Shown here piece after piece: positions 40,956-55,068 of a stretch of 64,000 nucleotides of DNA. The position numbers and the translations under genes are program-made. Below the pieces are notes generated by a model that ran no database searches, was not told where the DNA came from, and worked only from the letters and a program-made list of their open reading frames with translations. Origin of the DNA: Sphaerodactylus townsendi (taxonomy: Eukaryota); contig NC_059427.1 of assembly GCF_021028975.2 (NCBI RefSeq), forward strand, positions 136,090,001 through 136,154,000. Direction: 5' to 3'. The number at the start of each line of letters is the position of its first letter. Within the stretch, counting starts at the first letter, position 1.

Positions 40956-41015
<60 letters not shown>

Positions 41016-41090
41016 CCCCCCGGGCCATAATAAACCCCATTTTCCCTGTGTAGTTCTACAGATGGGAGCCAAGGAAGGGTTTTTTGAGAA
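40481..41090. mobile_element. hAT-like non-autonomous element fragment with left end
   Basis: TAGG terminus, ccgaata-type subterminal repeats, homology to 20525-21155; contains (GGCA)n. Confidence 0.5.
40954..41015. repeat. (GGCA)n microsatellite
   Basis: About 15 perfect units; source of the spurious PACL/GRQA ORFs. Confidence 0.95.
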
Positions 41091-41498
41091 TCATGATTTT
41101 AATGATTCTCTTGTTTGAATGCGCCTCACAACTGTTCACTTGGTTGCAGCTGTCAGGTGTGTTAAAACAAAAGAATAATACATAACATGATTATTTAAAA
41201 AACCCGGGTGGGGGGGAAACACTGGATGGATCCATGTTAGGATCAGGATCCATGCAAAGTTCCCCCCAAACCTGGGTTTTTTACCAGTGTTATTCTGGTT
41301 TAATTGGCCCATGCAGAAAGGGCCTACAATAGAACAACCATTAATTCTGGCATTCAAATCAGTTTTTCCCTCAAAATTCTCAATGCTCTAACTAAGAATG
41401 CTTGACAGTTCTCTCTCTCTAGCCAATCATGTGGAATTCCATGTTACTTCTTTGACTCTCAGCATTCTACTGCCTGAATATGCCTAAGTGTCTCTATA

Positions 41499-42060
41499 TG
41501 TTACGGCAGGCATGGATGGATGGAGTCTTGGATGACTTGGCCCACTGTCTGCAGGCCCCTGTGGCACCAGCCTTCACCTCCCAGGTGTCAGGGGGATAGT
41601 ATCTATCTGATTGAGATGCATTCCTAACTCAATGTAACTGTTTGTAACAACAAATCAATGCTGCTGAAAGATATATGCAACCAGTCTGCTATATGTAACC
41701 ACTGCTATTGGGGGAATTCTTTCCTTGATCTTTCCTTTACAGCTTCACATGGTCTTTAGATAACTAGGTTTTCCCCTGACACCCAGGTCCCATGGGAAAA
41801 GAGTTACATCCCTTATCTTATGGGTCAGGAAGCTAGGTGGCTCTCTATCACTATCTGCTTGCGACCTTGGGGCGCCTTAGCTCCAAAGACTGTTTTCCAC
41901 AACTTCTTGGGAAAATGGGGGGGGGATCATTTTGGGGCTAAAGAATGCCAACTTCACCAGAATTGGCTTTTCTAGTGTGGTGTTTCAATGCCTGCTCAAT
42001 AAACGCTAATGATCAATACCTCAGAATTCACTTGTTGGCTTAAGGGTCTGAGACCTAGCA
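41499..42060 (+). mobile_element. Probable solo LTR
   Basis: Starts TGTTA, has AATAAA at 41998, ends TAGCA; TSD not evident. Confidence 0.4.
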
Positions 42061-42107
42061 CCAGGACACCTCCACCCGTCGGGGGAGGGCGGTTTATAAA
42101 CCCAATA

Positions 42108-42161
<54 letters not shown>

Positions 42162-42184
42162 TATAATTATAATTATAATAATTA
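42108..42184. repeat. (AAT)n microsatellite
   Basis: Long AAT run degenerating to AATTAT, following an L2/SINE-like 3' end. Confidence 0.9.
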
Positions 42185-42189
42185 AAGAA

Positions 42190-42960
42190 TTTCAAGATAA
42201 ATGGTGAGTATTATTATTTTTCCATTAATAATTTAATGGATTTAATAATGTTATGTCTATAATCAAAGTTGATAAAGCTGGAAGTCAGTGTAGTCACTGA
42301 AGGACGGGTAATGGGTAGTACTTTGTTAGGTTTTAATCTGTTCTTTTCTCTTTTTTGTTTTTCTGTCGTTATTGTTGGTGTCCATGTATATTTTGTGTGT
42401 CTTTTGTGTGTTAAAAATGACAAAAATGAAAACATAAATGCAAAGTATACTACTTATATTATTCCCCTAAAAAGGGGGAGCAGAGATGGAGGTTGCTAAC
42501 ATGATAAATATGAATTATTAATAATACTCTTGATGTATTGAAAAGTATTAAAAGGAGGGCATTCAAATCTATCATGGATAGATTATTATAATATGTGCAC
42601 TTAACATTCAATGTTCAGGAAAGATTTCTAAAAATTTACAATAGTAATAACCATTATAAGCTTATTTATCTATTCCATTTTATTGCAAATTACATAATGT
42701 TGTATAGCATTATTATTATTTTTATCAAATACTGAATAGGATATATTATGATTTATGCTAAAATCTATAATTATGGTAATCATCATTCAATGCTTATTAT
42801 ATCTCTATTCACTGTTCATAATTGTTGATATCATCATTTGTTTATTGTTTAGTATATCAGATGACGATAGCCACAATTAGGCATGCTGAATAGAGATTCT
42901 CTTTTTCTTTTGAATGATATAATTGTAACTGTTATGGTATGTTTCTAGTTTTCTTTTTTC
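42190..42960 (-). mobile_element. Degraded L1-like 3' end
   Basis: Minus strand is A-rich with remnants of the C-terminal Cys motif (HA*LWLSS) followed by a T-rich UTR; very degraded. Confidence 0.4.
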
Positions 42961-45900
42961 TGCTTCTGTTTATATTCATATATATGTGTTTGTTGCTTAG
43001 CGCTTAACCCCGCGCCTGCTGGGCCAAATGCCCTGAAAATTTCACAGACACTTACTCATTCACCCGACTGTGTTCTTACTTACCTCCCACTGTCAGACAA
43101 CACACCTGAGCCAGGTAAAACATCTTTTTCCTGGCACACCAGGCCATGAAACTGGTTGTGCTTAACTGTCACAACAACAGCAAATTGCCACAGCAACACA
43201 TGGCCAGGCCCCTCTAGTAAAAAATAAAAATGTTACAAATACAAAATGAAAAAAGGAACAAGTTTGACCCTCCTCTTCCCCACTGCAGTTCTCCAGCAAC
43301 ATGGATCTTGTGACCCCCAAGTTATTCTTGGGTCATATATGGTTGTAAGAGAGGAAAGCTGTGAGAATCAATAACTGGAATTCAGCCCCTATACATGTCA
43401 CTGAAAAAAATCCATCTGTGACATTAACATTCTTATGGGCAATTTGGGCATTCTGATTTCAATAAGCACTTTCGTTGGAGGGTCCAAATGATGTGAGGGA
43501 TGTCAAGACCTACAGAATTTCAGTCCTCCCTTGAGATCTGCATTTGTAATAAACTGATTTGAATTTGCAAGAGGTAATGAGTGTAACGAGAACATAATAA
43601 TGGCAAAGGTGCAGGCAATTCTACAGCTGACAGGCAATTCGCACATGGATGTATGTTGAGACAACAAGCCAAAGACAGTGATGAACTGCTGAATGGGAAT
43701 CTTTTCCCACCCTCACAGACGGTAGGAAAAAAGGATCAAAGAAAAGATAAAGGAAAATCAGAGGTAATGATGGTAATTTGTTTCTCCATTGTGAGATAAT
43801 TGATCCACACTGAAGAAATAATTATAGAACATTAAAGAGATTAAGGAGAAAACAATGAGAATGTGCTGCTGAATGAAGATGAGCTTGAGCTGTGATACTG
43901 TAATTATGACATTTGGAAAGCCATAATATTTTGGTGATCACCATTCAACTTCCTGGATGCAACAAGCAGCTTCTTCAAGGAGGGGTGGCAATTGTCAGCT
44001 GTCTTGCAATTTCTTCCCACCTGCCTCTTCAGGCTGCAGTGTATATTCCCACACTTGCTTTTAGCAATACAGAAATCAAAAGGGCAGTGCAATCCTTGGC
44101 CAGTCATGAGCAGTGCAATCCTAAGGGGAAGATAGTTGCATGGTGCACCTGTGTCATCTCCAAAGAGGATTGACAGTAGACCCAAAATGACCCTGCACCT
44201 TACCCCATGGCCTATGCAGCTCAATAGGCTGATTTTGCTGGCCTGCATCAAAGCGGGTGTTTGGGGGCCAAAATGGCTCAAGAAGCTGACTAAAGCTGGC
44301 CTTTCCCCAGGGCACACACCCTTCGGCATGAGGTCCTGTGCTGAAGGAGCACGAGCATCATAATAATGTGGTTCCACAATGCCAGTGTAAGTGCCTCTGT
44401 GCTGGTGTAAATGACATTTATGCTGGCAGAGGAGTCATGCCACCCCCTGAGTGACTTTCCCCTTCCCCCCAGAACTGCACTGTAAAAGGAAGGTACCAGT
44501 GAATCAACTCTCTCCCTTGGACTTCCGATAGTACCTCCAGACATGTACATGTACAAGATCCACCTAAGCAGACTGGTTTATTTACCCACTCCACCACATG
44601 AAGTCACAGTTCTCTCAGTACTCTCTCAGCTTCACCAACTTCACCAGGTGCCTATTATGGGGAGAGGAAAGGAGTGTGATTTGAAGCTGCTTTGAGATTC
44701 CTTACGTTGAGAAACGCATTCTCTAAAAACCAACTCTTATTCTTTGTTGTCCTCATCTTCACTGATGTTGCCTTCATCTCCCTCTATCATGTTATGCAAA
44801 AGTACAGTACAACATACATATAACTTATCATCCTGGTTTACTGATGCACAGATAGGTTTAAAATACATGTCATAGGGAAAAATTCAGTGCAAGCAACAGA
44901 AAATGGCATGAAATAATCAGCTTTTCTACTTCTGCGACAAGGAATTCATCCAGAGGGAACCTGTTTCAACAAGGCTTGTGCTCCCCTATGGAATTCATTG
45001 TGGGTGTGGGTGTTGTGATGGCAGGCAGAGAGGATGAGAAGACTGCCTTTGGGTCTCTTTCAGTGCTGCATCTGTGTCTGTACAGTCTCTTTAAATGACA
45101 GCCTCCAAGCTCCTCATAGGACTACATGGTGGTGTTGAACTCTTAATAATCCTAAAGCAAATATGAAGTACCTGGATATAACCCTTCTCTGTCTATGATT
45201 TAGTGGCTTCCGTGTCTTTGAGGGGAAATATGAACCTCTGTGTAAGCTAAAGTAAAAATTCAGTTTGAAATATGACTGGCCAAAGTAGGATAAGAATGAT
45301 ATTTGAGCCCCCTTTTGATATCCTGGTATCTCTTGAAGGTTGGTCAATGGAGAAATTGTAGCCATCTTTTGAGAATAAATTTTGAAAAGGAATGTTACTT
45401 CTGTGCTTATAATGGTTACTGGGACAAACTGCTACTGTGCATCCTCACATCTTCCCAATTTAAATGAGATAGTGCCACACAGCAAACGGTTCTTCAAAGT
45501 GTATAACATTAGAAGTGTACATTTGACCTACATTCACTAGCTTTTTTCTGAACTTGCCTTTGTTATTCTATTTGACACTTTCCCACCATTAGCTCATAGC
45601 GGTGGGCTAATAAGGCTGAGCTCCACCAACCTGGATTTAGGACAAGCCAAAGATGTTCCAAGATCCATCAATAGTCTGTTGGATGAATTCTCTAACAATA
45701 AACAAAGAGACTGATGAGAGTCTGGAAATACAAAGCATTCATTTCACCTTGCTCTGGAAACAAGTCACATCTGCAGAAAAAAACAGATCCTTTTTGTATA
45801 GTTATTTATAAGTTAAGAAAATAGCCGTACATTGCCTCAATCAAATTTATCGAGGGACATTGAAATAGAATCCATTGATGCAGACTGTGAGAGCATATCT

Positions 45901-46256
45901 GTAGACAAAATCTTTTCTGTAGCTCTTTTCATGGTATCAGGAGCTTCAGATCAACATCCATTGCTTGTTTCCTGATTGAATTGCTCAGTATTAGGTGTTT
46001 TTTGGATTTTCTCTACATATTTCTAGTCCAGGCATGACTGTTCAGAATGGCATTCTGGAGCGACAGTCTTGAATTATTCCTAGCTAACTGATGATTGGTT
46101 TTGGCAGCTTTTTGGTGAAGACTACTCAGAATGCCATAAATTTCAGCACAAACTATTCAACAGTCAGACTTACTGTTTGAAGGTGTTGGTCTGTGCAGGC
46201 TTGAGCTGATAACCCAGCCTTTTGGACAGTGATGAAGGATTAAACAAATGGTCGAA

Positions 46257-46361
46257 TAGGTGTCAAACTCATGGCCCTCCAGATGTTATGGACTACAGTT
46301 CCCATCATGATGATGGGAACTATAGTCCATAACATCTGGAGGGCCACGAGTTTGACACCTG
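46257..46361. mobile_element. 105-bp near-perfect palindromic hAT MITE
   Basis: Arms aggtgtcaaactc...gttcccatca / tgatgggaac...gagtttgacacct; 8-bp TSD TGGTCGAA / TGGTTGAA. Confidence 0.9.
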
Positions 46362-48915
46362 TGGTTGAATCAATCATTAAGAAATAAGCTCCCTGTTCAC
46401 AACCTGAAAGCAGGATGTGAGCTGAACCAGAAGGAGTTCAAGCATCCCTTCCAGCTGAATTGGAATGTAACAGCTAACATGAGTTAATTACGAGGAAAGC
46501 CACTACATTATGGACAATACCAATCAATTCATTTGCAGTGGCACAATTTGGAAACGGTGATAGAAATGCTCACTAAATCCCCCTCTTCTGAACTCCTTTA
46601 CAGATTCTGGAGCTCCAAATGATCTGCTCTTGTTCTAAAAATGGAACTTTTGTATTAAGAACTTGCCATTTAAAATGTGTTTATTTTGAACAGTTTCACA
46701 CAACTGTCAGATCCTTCTTTCTTTTTCTTTCTCTAAGAGTATATGCACAATGAGAAAATATTGCAAAAAAAAGAAATCTTTGTGTGATTACACATTTTAT
46801 TTATTTATTTATTTATTTGTTCCACTTATATACCGCTCTCCCCTGAGGGGCTCAGGGCGGTTGCACCAAGATTATCTGGTTTTATTGATTATGGTGTTCC
46901 CTTGGGTACATTGTGAAAACACCTGCAAAAAGCAACTTTATGTGAATGTGTGCACTGTGGTTTCAAGATTTCATTTCAGTTGTACTTTACTGATGGACAG
47001 GATTGTGTCTCCAGATACCACATTTAAATAATCTTGATGTGAGATTGTTACGTAAAAAACAGTTTTTGCATTGTTTATTCACAAAAGATCATTGATAACA
47101 TAGAATGGAGAATAAAAATGAAAGGAAGAAACTACAAACTGCAATGCAGCATCTGAGCTCTTCTTCTGGCCTGGATAGGACCCTTCCACACCACAAATAA
47201 GTGTACAGGAGAGGACTAATCAGTTTCTATAATATGCCTACAACAGGAACTTGAATTCTGCGCTCTCACATACAAAAGTCCAATACTATGTTTCTTGCTG
47301 GCTTTGAGTCATAATATGAACAGCTCAAAGTTGCTCTTGCTTTGCATATAGCCAGAAGTGTGTTGTTCTAACTCAGAATGAGATAACTTTGTTGAGAGAA
47401 AACAACTTACTGTATCTGCAATGCTAAAATCTGAAATCCCAGTTGGAGCTCACAACACCCACTTCACAACTTGATACCTTCTTGCGATATTTTCTTATGT
47501 ATTATCTTTAAGTTAGCTAGGGAAGTTCCCTGTACGCTTCTACCTTGGAGAACCAAGAACAAGCTGAACAAGAGTCTGTTGTAGTGCTGGCAACACCATT
47601 GGCTTCACTCATCACTGGCAGCACCACTGGGGTCCCTTGCTTCAGGACTGCTTTTGCACCCTAGGCCACTCCTGATTAGGAGTCACCTCTCCAGCAAACT
47701 TCATCCTACTCAGTTTTCATTTCTTCAAGTTGCTTGACGTGACTGATAGTATGCAAAGGGTTACCTTTCCTTGTCTCAAGACTAGAGTTTTGCTAAACAT
47801 TCAGCATGTACATGTATGTATGTATTGCAAATAGAGCTGTCTGTCATCTAGCAAGCTCCTGTAGCAGTTCACAATGTAGTGATATATTGCTTTCCACACT
47901 AACTGATGACATGCCACAGATCAAATGCAAGGAAGTGTTGTCACATTAATTCACACCACTGGTTTCATACACAGCCCTCAGTTAATGCCTTCACTCTGCA
48001 ATGCTTTAATTCATATATGGAGCATGACTCAGCAGTTTTGAAAGGCATGTAAAAACAGAATATATGGATGAGATGCCAAATGCAAAATATTTAAGGAGTG
48101 ACCAATCATTATTCAGGAAAGTCCTTGTATGCGTTTGCTTATGCACAGTGCTATAGAACGGAGGCAGCACGTTTCTGGAGGTCCCATGTTAATGGGACTG
48201 GTTTCTGAAACTTCTTCCTCCAAGAATGGTAACTTCTGATAACTTTGTGCCCTCTTGCCCAACAAAATGCCTTCCACCATACTGCTGAACCTGGTTGGGA
48301 TTCTGCATCCCACTTGGGCCTGAAATTAGCATAATGTAAAAAAAGGAATAACATGGAAATTAGACTGGAGGATTCACTCATGATGGAGGTCCCAATGGAA
48401 TATGAGATAGGTAGAGGCAAAACTTAATGGTAATGACCATCCCCTTTAGGATTTTTCCATTAACCTCTATTGTTGAAACAAATTGAGTTCATTTATTCCA
48501 TTTTTTAAAATGAAGTACACACTCCTACCACACTCAGAATCCAGAAAGTGCTACTTACGTTGAAATTATGATGGCCATGCAAGCTTAGTCCAGCTATTCC
48601 ATGGCACAGGCATTCACTAATGTGAATTGGGTTCTTCTGCCTAATCATGCTTAGTCAATTTCTCCATTCTACTTTTGGACAATGCCTAGGGAAGGGGTAG
48701 TTTGAGGAGGGGGAAGGAGCACTATCGGGATATGGTTTCATAAAGTCTGCGCTACAAAGTTGCCATTTTCTCCAGGGAAACTCATCATAATTCTAGGAGA
48801 ATTTCATGCTGTACTTTGAGGTTGGTAACCAAAACTATGGTATACATCCTGGAGTCTGGCTTACAGTTCCTGTCCCTGGTTATCTTGATGGGCTGAACAT
48901 GGCTCTACAAGGGTT

Positions 48916-49076
48916 GACTTAGCAATGAGCAGGAGTCCTAGGGAGCAGGAACTTAGGAGGGGAGTGATTATCAACAATGGCATAATGCATTTGCAAGTTG
49001 CCAGACTTAGCAATGAGCAGGAGACCTGGGGAGAAGGAACTTAGGAGGGGAGTGATTATTAACAATGGCATAATGT
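48916..49076. repeat. Tandem duplication, 88-bp period
   Basis: gacttagcaatgagcaggag...aacaatggcataatg at 48916 and 49004. Confidence 0.85.
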
Positions 49077-49250
49077 CAATTCTGCAAACCCCCCCCCCCA
49101 AAAAAAAAGTAAAAAAACCCCAGCAAGTGACATCAGCCCTCTACAGCTGTCTTCAAAAATCCTGTGATTTTACCATAGAGGTTCTGAAAATTCCTAGAGA
49201 CATTAAATGTATTGTCAAAATGTTTCATAGCCATAATCAACTGGATGTTG

Positions 49251-49337
49251 GGGTTTTTCAGGGTTGTGTGGTATAGTCTGGTAGTGTTTGCTCCTAACAT
49301 TTCTCCTTCATCTATGGCTTTCATCTTCAGAGGGATG
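49251..49337 (-). mobile_element. Degenerate Penelope pLTR fragment with decayed hammerhead
   Basis: Minus strand reads cct-CTGAAGA-tgaaagccatagatgaagga-GAAA-tgtt-aggag, homologous to 37638-37731; stem II is disrupted. Confidence 0.6.
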
Positions 49338-49386
49338 TTGTTACCCAAATTAGTCTAGTCTGTTCCCTTCTAGTTTGGGGAATTAG

Positions 49387-51663
49387 TGAGGAACAGACCT
49401 TACAATGTGAGAGTCTTGATGGGGATCTTACACCTGTGCTTTATAGAGGTCTTTCCCCTTCAAAATCCATACAGACCAGACTTTAAAGAGAAAGTACACA
49501 ATTTTATTGAAGAACCAAAAATAGTAAAAATACACATGTGATTCCACAACACACACTCAGAGAGAGAGAGACAGAGTTTCAAGGAGCCTAGGATGTGAGA
49601 AAGTGGTGAAAGATAGATGAGAATAGAAGAGGGCAATGAGGGAAGGGCAGTATTTGCAGATCTAAAAGAGGTCCAAAGAAACCAATTCCAGTGCCAGCAC
49701 TGTTTGCTGGAAGATGACATTAGGCACAATGGAGCCTGTGGTTGGGAGGTCTAATTATAGGAGAAGTTATAATTAGTCTGGCAGTGATAAATCGGGTCAC
49801 TTTCCAGAAACAAATCAGAATTCTATTTCCAGGCAGGAACAGTGTTATGCGAAAAGAATTGATTGGGTTACAAACTGGGAGCACCCAGCTTCTGATCTGG
49901 ACTAAATTGATGATGAGACAGATTACTGAACAAAAGGTTATTTTAAAAGATGCAGTTCAGACAGAACAGGAACACAATGAGTTAACCAGAGCTCCACCTG
50001 ATTGGCCAACTGAGCTGCAGTTAGCCAGAAACACAGAGAGGGAGTGTGCTCACTTGAGAGGGGCAGATAGAGTCAGTCAAAAGAAAGTCACAGATCAAGT
50101 CAGTCAGAGATTGAATCTAGAGGCAGTGAGAGCCAGAGCCAGAGTGGGAACGGCATATGTGCCAGAGTTCTCAAAGGAATCTCAAAAACCAAGAGAAAAA
50201 GATCCTTATTTCACCAGAGGCTAGGTGGCCAGGTGTTGGTGAAAGACCAGAGGGAAACATATTTATGGGGGAAATCCTAAGGCCACATGAAAGGCTTGGT
50301 TATAGTCTCAGAGGAGACTGCGCCTAGATATGGAACCGGAGAGTTCCTGAGGGTGTGTTAATATAATTGGCAGAGTCAAGAGAGGGTTTAGAGAAACCCT
50401 AAAGCTTTCTCTGTCCCAGCCCAGTGTGAAACCCTGAGGAGTAAAGGGTGGGTGGTTTAGGATCTTGTTCAAGACCGTGTAGGAAGGTTTACTCTGAAAG
50501 AGATAACTGAGTGTATGAAGCTATATTTTAAACTGAAACAGCCTTTTATGTGAAACAACTAAAGAGAAGTACTAAGTTCTGAATGTAAGGCCCTTTCTGC
50601 ACGGGGCCAAAAACAGTGGCTCAGGGATGGAAAAACACCAGTCCCTGGGGAGCTGTTCGCACAGGCAGCACTGCTGCAACACAGCAGCGCCGTCCTGTGC
50701 GGCCCCGAGCAGCGTGAAGGCACTGCTTTCCACCTCCCTTCCCGAGGGAGGTTTTTGGAAAGCACCGCCTTCCCATCGGCGTGGTGCGAACAGCACCGTG
50801 CCGAAGACGCCGCTTTCCCGTCCCCCCCCCACTCACCTCATCCTCCAGCGTCAATCTGGAGGGCTGATGAGACCCACCCACGCTGCCCTCCGACCCCTGG
50901 AGGTCAGACGGCAGCATGGGCAGGTCCCTGCAGCCCTCCAGACCAACGCTGGAGAACAAGGTGAGGTCCCTGCAGCCCTCCAGACCAACGCTGGAGAACG
51001 AGGGGATGCAGAAGAGGTGGCTCTGTGCGGAGCTGCCTCTTCTGTGCCAGCCTCTGCGGGGGCCGCCCGCACGCTCCCGTGCGAACGGCCCCCTCCCCTC
51101 CACCAGCATAATTTCTGCCAGTGGAGAGGCACCCTTTCTGCTGTGTGGAAAGGGCCTAACATCTAAGTATTTTCTGCCTAAGAAAAAGAAAAGTGTAAAA
51201 ACTCTCTGTACTATAAAAGTGAGGAAAAAACCCTGTAAATAAATTATTTTTTGTTTTTCTGTTAAGAAGCCTCTCAGGGATCAATTTTCCCTCAAAAAGG
51301 TGGCAGTGTACATTTTCCTGACAGGATTTTGCCTGAAGAGCTTTTGTGTGCATGTGAGTGGGGTGTACCTGGGCTATCAGCAGATAGCAGCTGTGCCCTT
51401 AGCCCTTCTTCCTGTTGGGCCTCTGAGTGAGTGTGTGTGTGGTAGATGATATTGGGACCAGGGCATTCTAAGTCAGAATGAGCTTGGAAGCCTAAACAAA
51501 GAAACTTCAGAAGGTTGATGGTTCTTTTATAATTGGACAGGTGGTTAACATTAAATTAACACTTGGGAAGGAGAGTTCAGGATGAATTGGTTGGAATCAG
51601 GTGTGAGGCATTTGCATGTTCTTTGTGAGGCTGAGGACAGGTGTCCATACTCAAGGCTGTACA
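49387..51663. mobile_element. Composite LTR-like region (probably nested solo LTRs) containing a MITE
   Basis: Minus-strand polyA signal at about 49504 with similarity to 20300-20460; plus-strand AATAAA at 51238 followed by TGACA at 51323; no clean TSDs. Confidence 0.35.
50589..51156. mobile_element. PIF/Harbinger-type MITE (568 bp), CpG-rich
   Basis: TIR ggccctttctgcac / gtgtggaaagggcc, perfect TAA TSD, internal 42-bp tandem duplication at about 50922-50999. Confidence 0.85.
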
Positions 51664-51664
51664 G

Positions 51665-52710
51665 TTGTAAATTTAAAATAGAACAAAGGTTAGATACTTG
51701 GGGATTCTATTAGAAAATAATAGCAAGGGATTAATACACAACAACTATGACAGAATTTGGAATGAGATTAATAAAGACCTAAATAAATGGAAGAGTTTGA
51801 ATCTTTCCCTGTTAGGCAGGATTGGAATAATTAAAATGTCAGTCCTGCCAAGACTAATGTACCTTTTCCAGAATATTCCACTTATAACATCTGGGAAGAC
51901 ATTTAATGAGTGGAGAACAGAAATTACTAAATTTATTTGGGATGGTGAAAAAATTAAATATTTTAAATATAAAAATATGATAGGTATTAAAACAAATGGG
52001 GGATTACCCTTACCTGACATCCAGTTATATCATGATGCAGCAGCATTATCATGGATTACAGAATGGATTTTATTAAATAACAATGCATTATTGAAACTGA
52101 AAGGTTTCAATGTAAAAGCAGGCTGGCATAACCACTTATGGTCTAATTCTCCTGACAAAAAAGGAGACAGAATATTTAAAGACCACTACATGAGAAATAC
52201 ATTGTTAAAAATCTTGGTAAAATATAAGAATATATTTTACTTTAAACCCCGCCCCCCCCGGATTTCAAGGATGGAAGAGCTACAAATTAAAAATAGAAAT
52301 AAAAATGAGGCTTGGCCTTGATACAAAGAAATTTCACAGTGGGTAGGAGAGGTTCCAACATTAAAAACTAGAGCGTTAATAAAATTTGAAGAACAGGAAT
52401 GCCATTGGTTTACATATTTTCAGATCAGAAATAATTTCCTAAAAGACCAGGAAGCATGAGGAGTTGCCAAAAAAATATAATGTATTAGATATAGCTTTGT
52501 TGCACGAAGGATCAAAAATAATTAGTAAAATATACAAAATTTTGCTACAACAATAAATTGAAACAAGTAGTTAAAACGGTATGATTAAATGGGCAGAAAA
52601 TATTAACATAACAATATCTCTAGATCAATGGACAAGTTATTGGGAAAGTATTCACAAATGTTCTCCTAATATAGATATTTGGGGAAATAACTTAAAGATG
52701 TTCTACAGAA
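51665..52710 (+). mobile_element. L1-clade LINE ORF2 C-terminal fragment
   Basis: ORF 51698-52321 gives RYLGI...WKSLNLSLLGRIGIIKMSVLPRLMYLFQ...FIW...GGLPLPDIQLYH, typical of the L1 thumb/wrist region. Confidence 0.9.
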
Positions 52711-54425
52711 CTCAACTCAGCAGCTCTTTCGTCCTTGTCCTGATTGGCTGTTGTGTTGTGTTGGGGCAGGAATTTTTTAAAAAACTTTTTTTGCACAGTT
52801 ATGTCACCACACACATGCGTAGATAGAACGGTAGCTGTTTTTGCGCTAAGCTATGTTTATGCGTGGCTTTGGCATTCTTTACCCATGCAGCTGCACTGGC
52901 ACAAAAGTCTAATTTTAGTTTACAGTTGGCACAGAAATCACGTTCCACGCAGCCACGTTTCAATGTAGCTGCCACCAGTGCAAAACAAAAAAAGGGGCTG
53001 CGCATGAATTACGCACAGCCCACTGTGCTCTGATTGGCTGGAAGGCTCCACATTACTCCCAATGGTGGGAAAACAAACCTGCATTCAACCCCTGAACCTC
53101 TCCACCTCCCCAGTGATCTGACTTTGATGCACCTTTTTTAAAAAGGTGCACTTCCATGAAGGTTCTTAAAAATCACGTGATAAGGAGGAGAGGGAGCACC
53201 AGAATCTGGATGAATCCATGTTCAGCGGTTAAGCAGTGGGGAGTTCTTCCTGAAACCTTGATATTTTGCATGAGTATCACGCGATTAATTGACCGTGGGG
53301 ATTCGACCGTAATTTTATAATCCTCACCATGTCTGTTCATGGTTGCACAGAACTAACTAACCCTGTCATCATTCAATACCTTCTCATGGAAAACAATTAA
53401 TTTGATATGGAAATTACCTTCATTCCCTTATTTGATTGTCATCTCAGGTAAGGTGTTTATAGATAGAAAAATTAAATCAGGACTAAACACAACACTTTGT
53501 TTTCAGTGGCCATAAAGGGTTTGTGGAGGAAATGATTTCATTTTACACAAAGAGTGCAGGAACAGATCTTGTACATATATTAATTTATGTGTGCCTCTTC
53601 TATAAATGTACCTCAAAACCAAAGTAATTTGGCTACCCAAGAGAGAAGACTATGCAACTACAAGGAAAACAGACCTTGTTATATAGGGATATTGCTGAAA
53701 GTTGTGATTAGCTGATCTGGAATATGAACTTGTTCAGATTGTAATATTCAGAAGCAGAGCCACCAAGAGGAAGGGGTAGTGGGAACAAAATTTGTGCCCT
53801 GGGTCCTTTGAATTCCCAGCTTTCATTTTTTAAAAAGGTAAAAGGTAGCCCTTTCCATTGCAGAATTATACATTTCCCATTATATCTGTAGTAGAAGGAG
53901 ATGGCAACTTACTTTTTTAAAAAGTAAAAGCAGGAATCCATAGAATCTGGCACATACAAGTGTTATAACATATCAATCTATTATTAGCTAAGTGCCATTT
54001 AAAAAAACATATATTGAAAGTCTTTGGTGGAAGGGGAAGAAAATAGCTGCTGTGGGAAACCATCTCAGGGAAAATGGCTGTTGTGTGAGTGGAGAAAATC
54101 AAAATGGCTGAGAGGTTAAGCTGACACAAAATGGTGAGCACAGTTATGAGAAAAAGGCGAGAACTGCAAATAGTCTTTGGATGCACCTAAAATGCTCTTT
54201 TATCAAAGTACAAGCTTAATAGTGCCCAGAGTAAAGGCATTAACATAAGTAGCACTTAAAATAGCTTTTTAAACACTATCAGAGAATTGGGATGGGAGGA
54301 GGGAACAGAACTGGGCAGGCACTAGGACTGCAGGGGAGCATTCAATTGCACAGCAGGTTCAGGAAGTGGCTATGGATTAATTCAACACTTAGGTTCTTTC
54401 TTTCTGTGAGACAAAGTATAGCTAG

Positions 54426-55048
54426 TGATATGTACACATATATAGTTCACAGTGTTTTAAGCCATATATATATATAGTAGCCTGCACAAAAGGGTGGAGC
54501 ATGTTATATAAAATCATCTTAGCTAACATCCCTGCAGAGGCTTGGAATTGAAGTTGCTGAAAATCAGGTAAACACAAGGAATGTGAAGGGGTGCCAAGGA
54601 GCAGCCTGACACTAGCTCTAAGTTGAAAGGAACGGGGCCTCTCAGTAGAGATTAGCTAGCAAGACGTGCACCCAATAAATCAAACTTAGCAGAAACCTTG
54701 ATTGATATAGAAACTGTGCACATGAGGTGTTCTTAGACTCAAGTAAAATTAAAAATATGAGATGGAAAGGTGTGGTAAGAGGTGGGATAAGATGACCAGG
54801 TCTGTACGTTCACTTGACTCAACCCAATGAGCAAGAAACGGGGAGGTATGTTTTTGTAACTATAAATTATGTTACACAAGCAACAGCCCCTTTGAACCTC
54901 CTCCCTGTTGCTAACAGAGGAGAGTTCCCTCTTCTGCGCAGAATTGGAACAATAAACTCTGAACACTGAAGAAGTTTATGGATGGTTATTTCTGAGTAAC
55001 CGAACAGAGTCTTAGCTCTGAACACAGGACCTAGCCCTGTGCCTAACA
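54426..55048 (+). repeat. ERV 5' LTR
   Basis: TG...CA ends, CCAAT at about 54823, TATAAA at 54861, AATAAA at 54951. Confidence 0.95.
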
Positions 55049-55050
55049 AT

Positions 55051-55068
55051 TGGTGGCCCGTACGGGGA
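55051..55068 (+). promoter_or_regulatory. Primer binding site, tRNA-Ile
   Basis: TGGTGGCCCGTACGGGGA is complementary to the 3' 18 nt of vertebrate tRNA-Ile(AAU) and lies 2 nt after the LTR. Confidence 0.9.

Noticed and set aside
40819-41118. Repetitive PACL/GRQA ORFs
   Set aside because: Translation of the (GGCA)n microsatellite.
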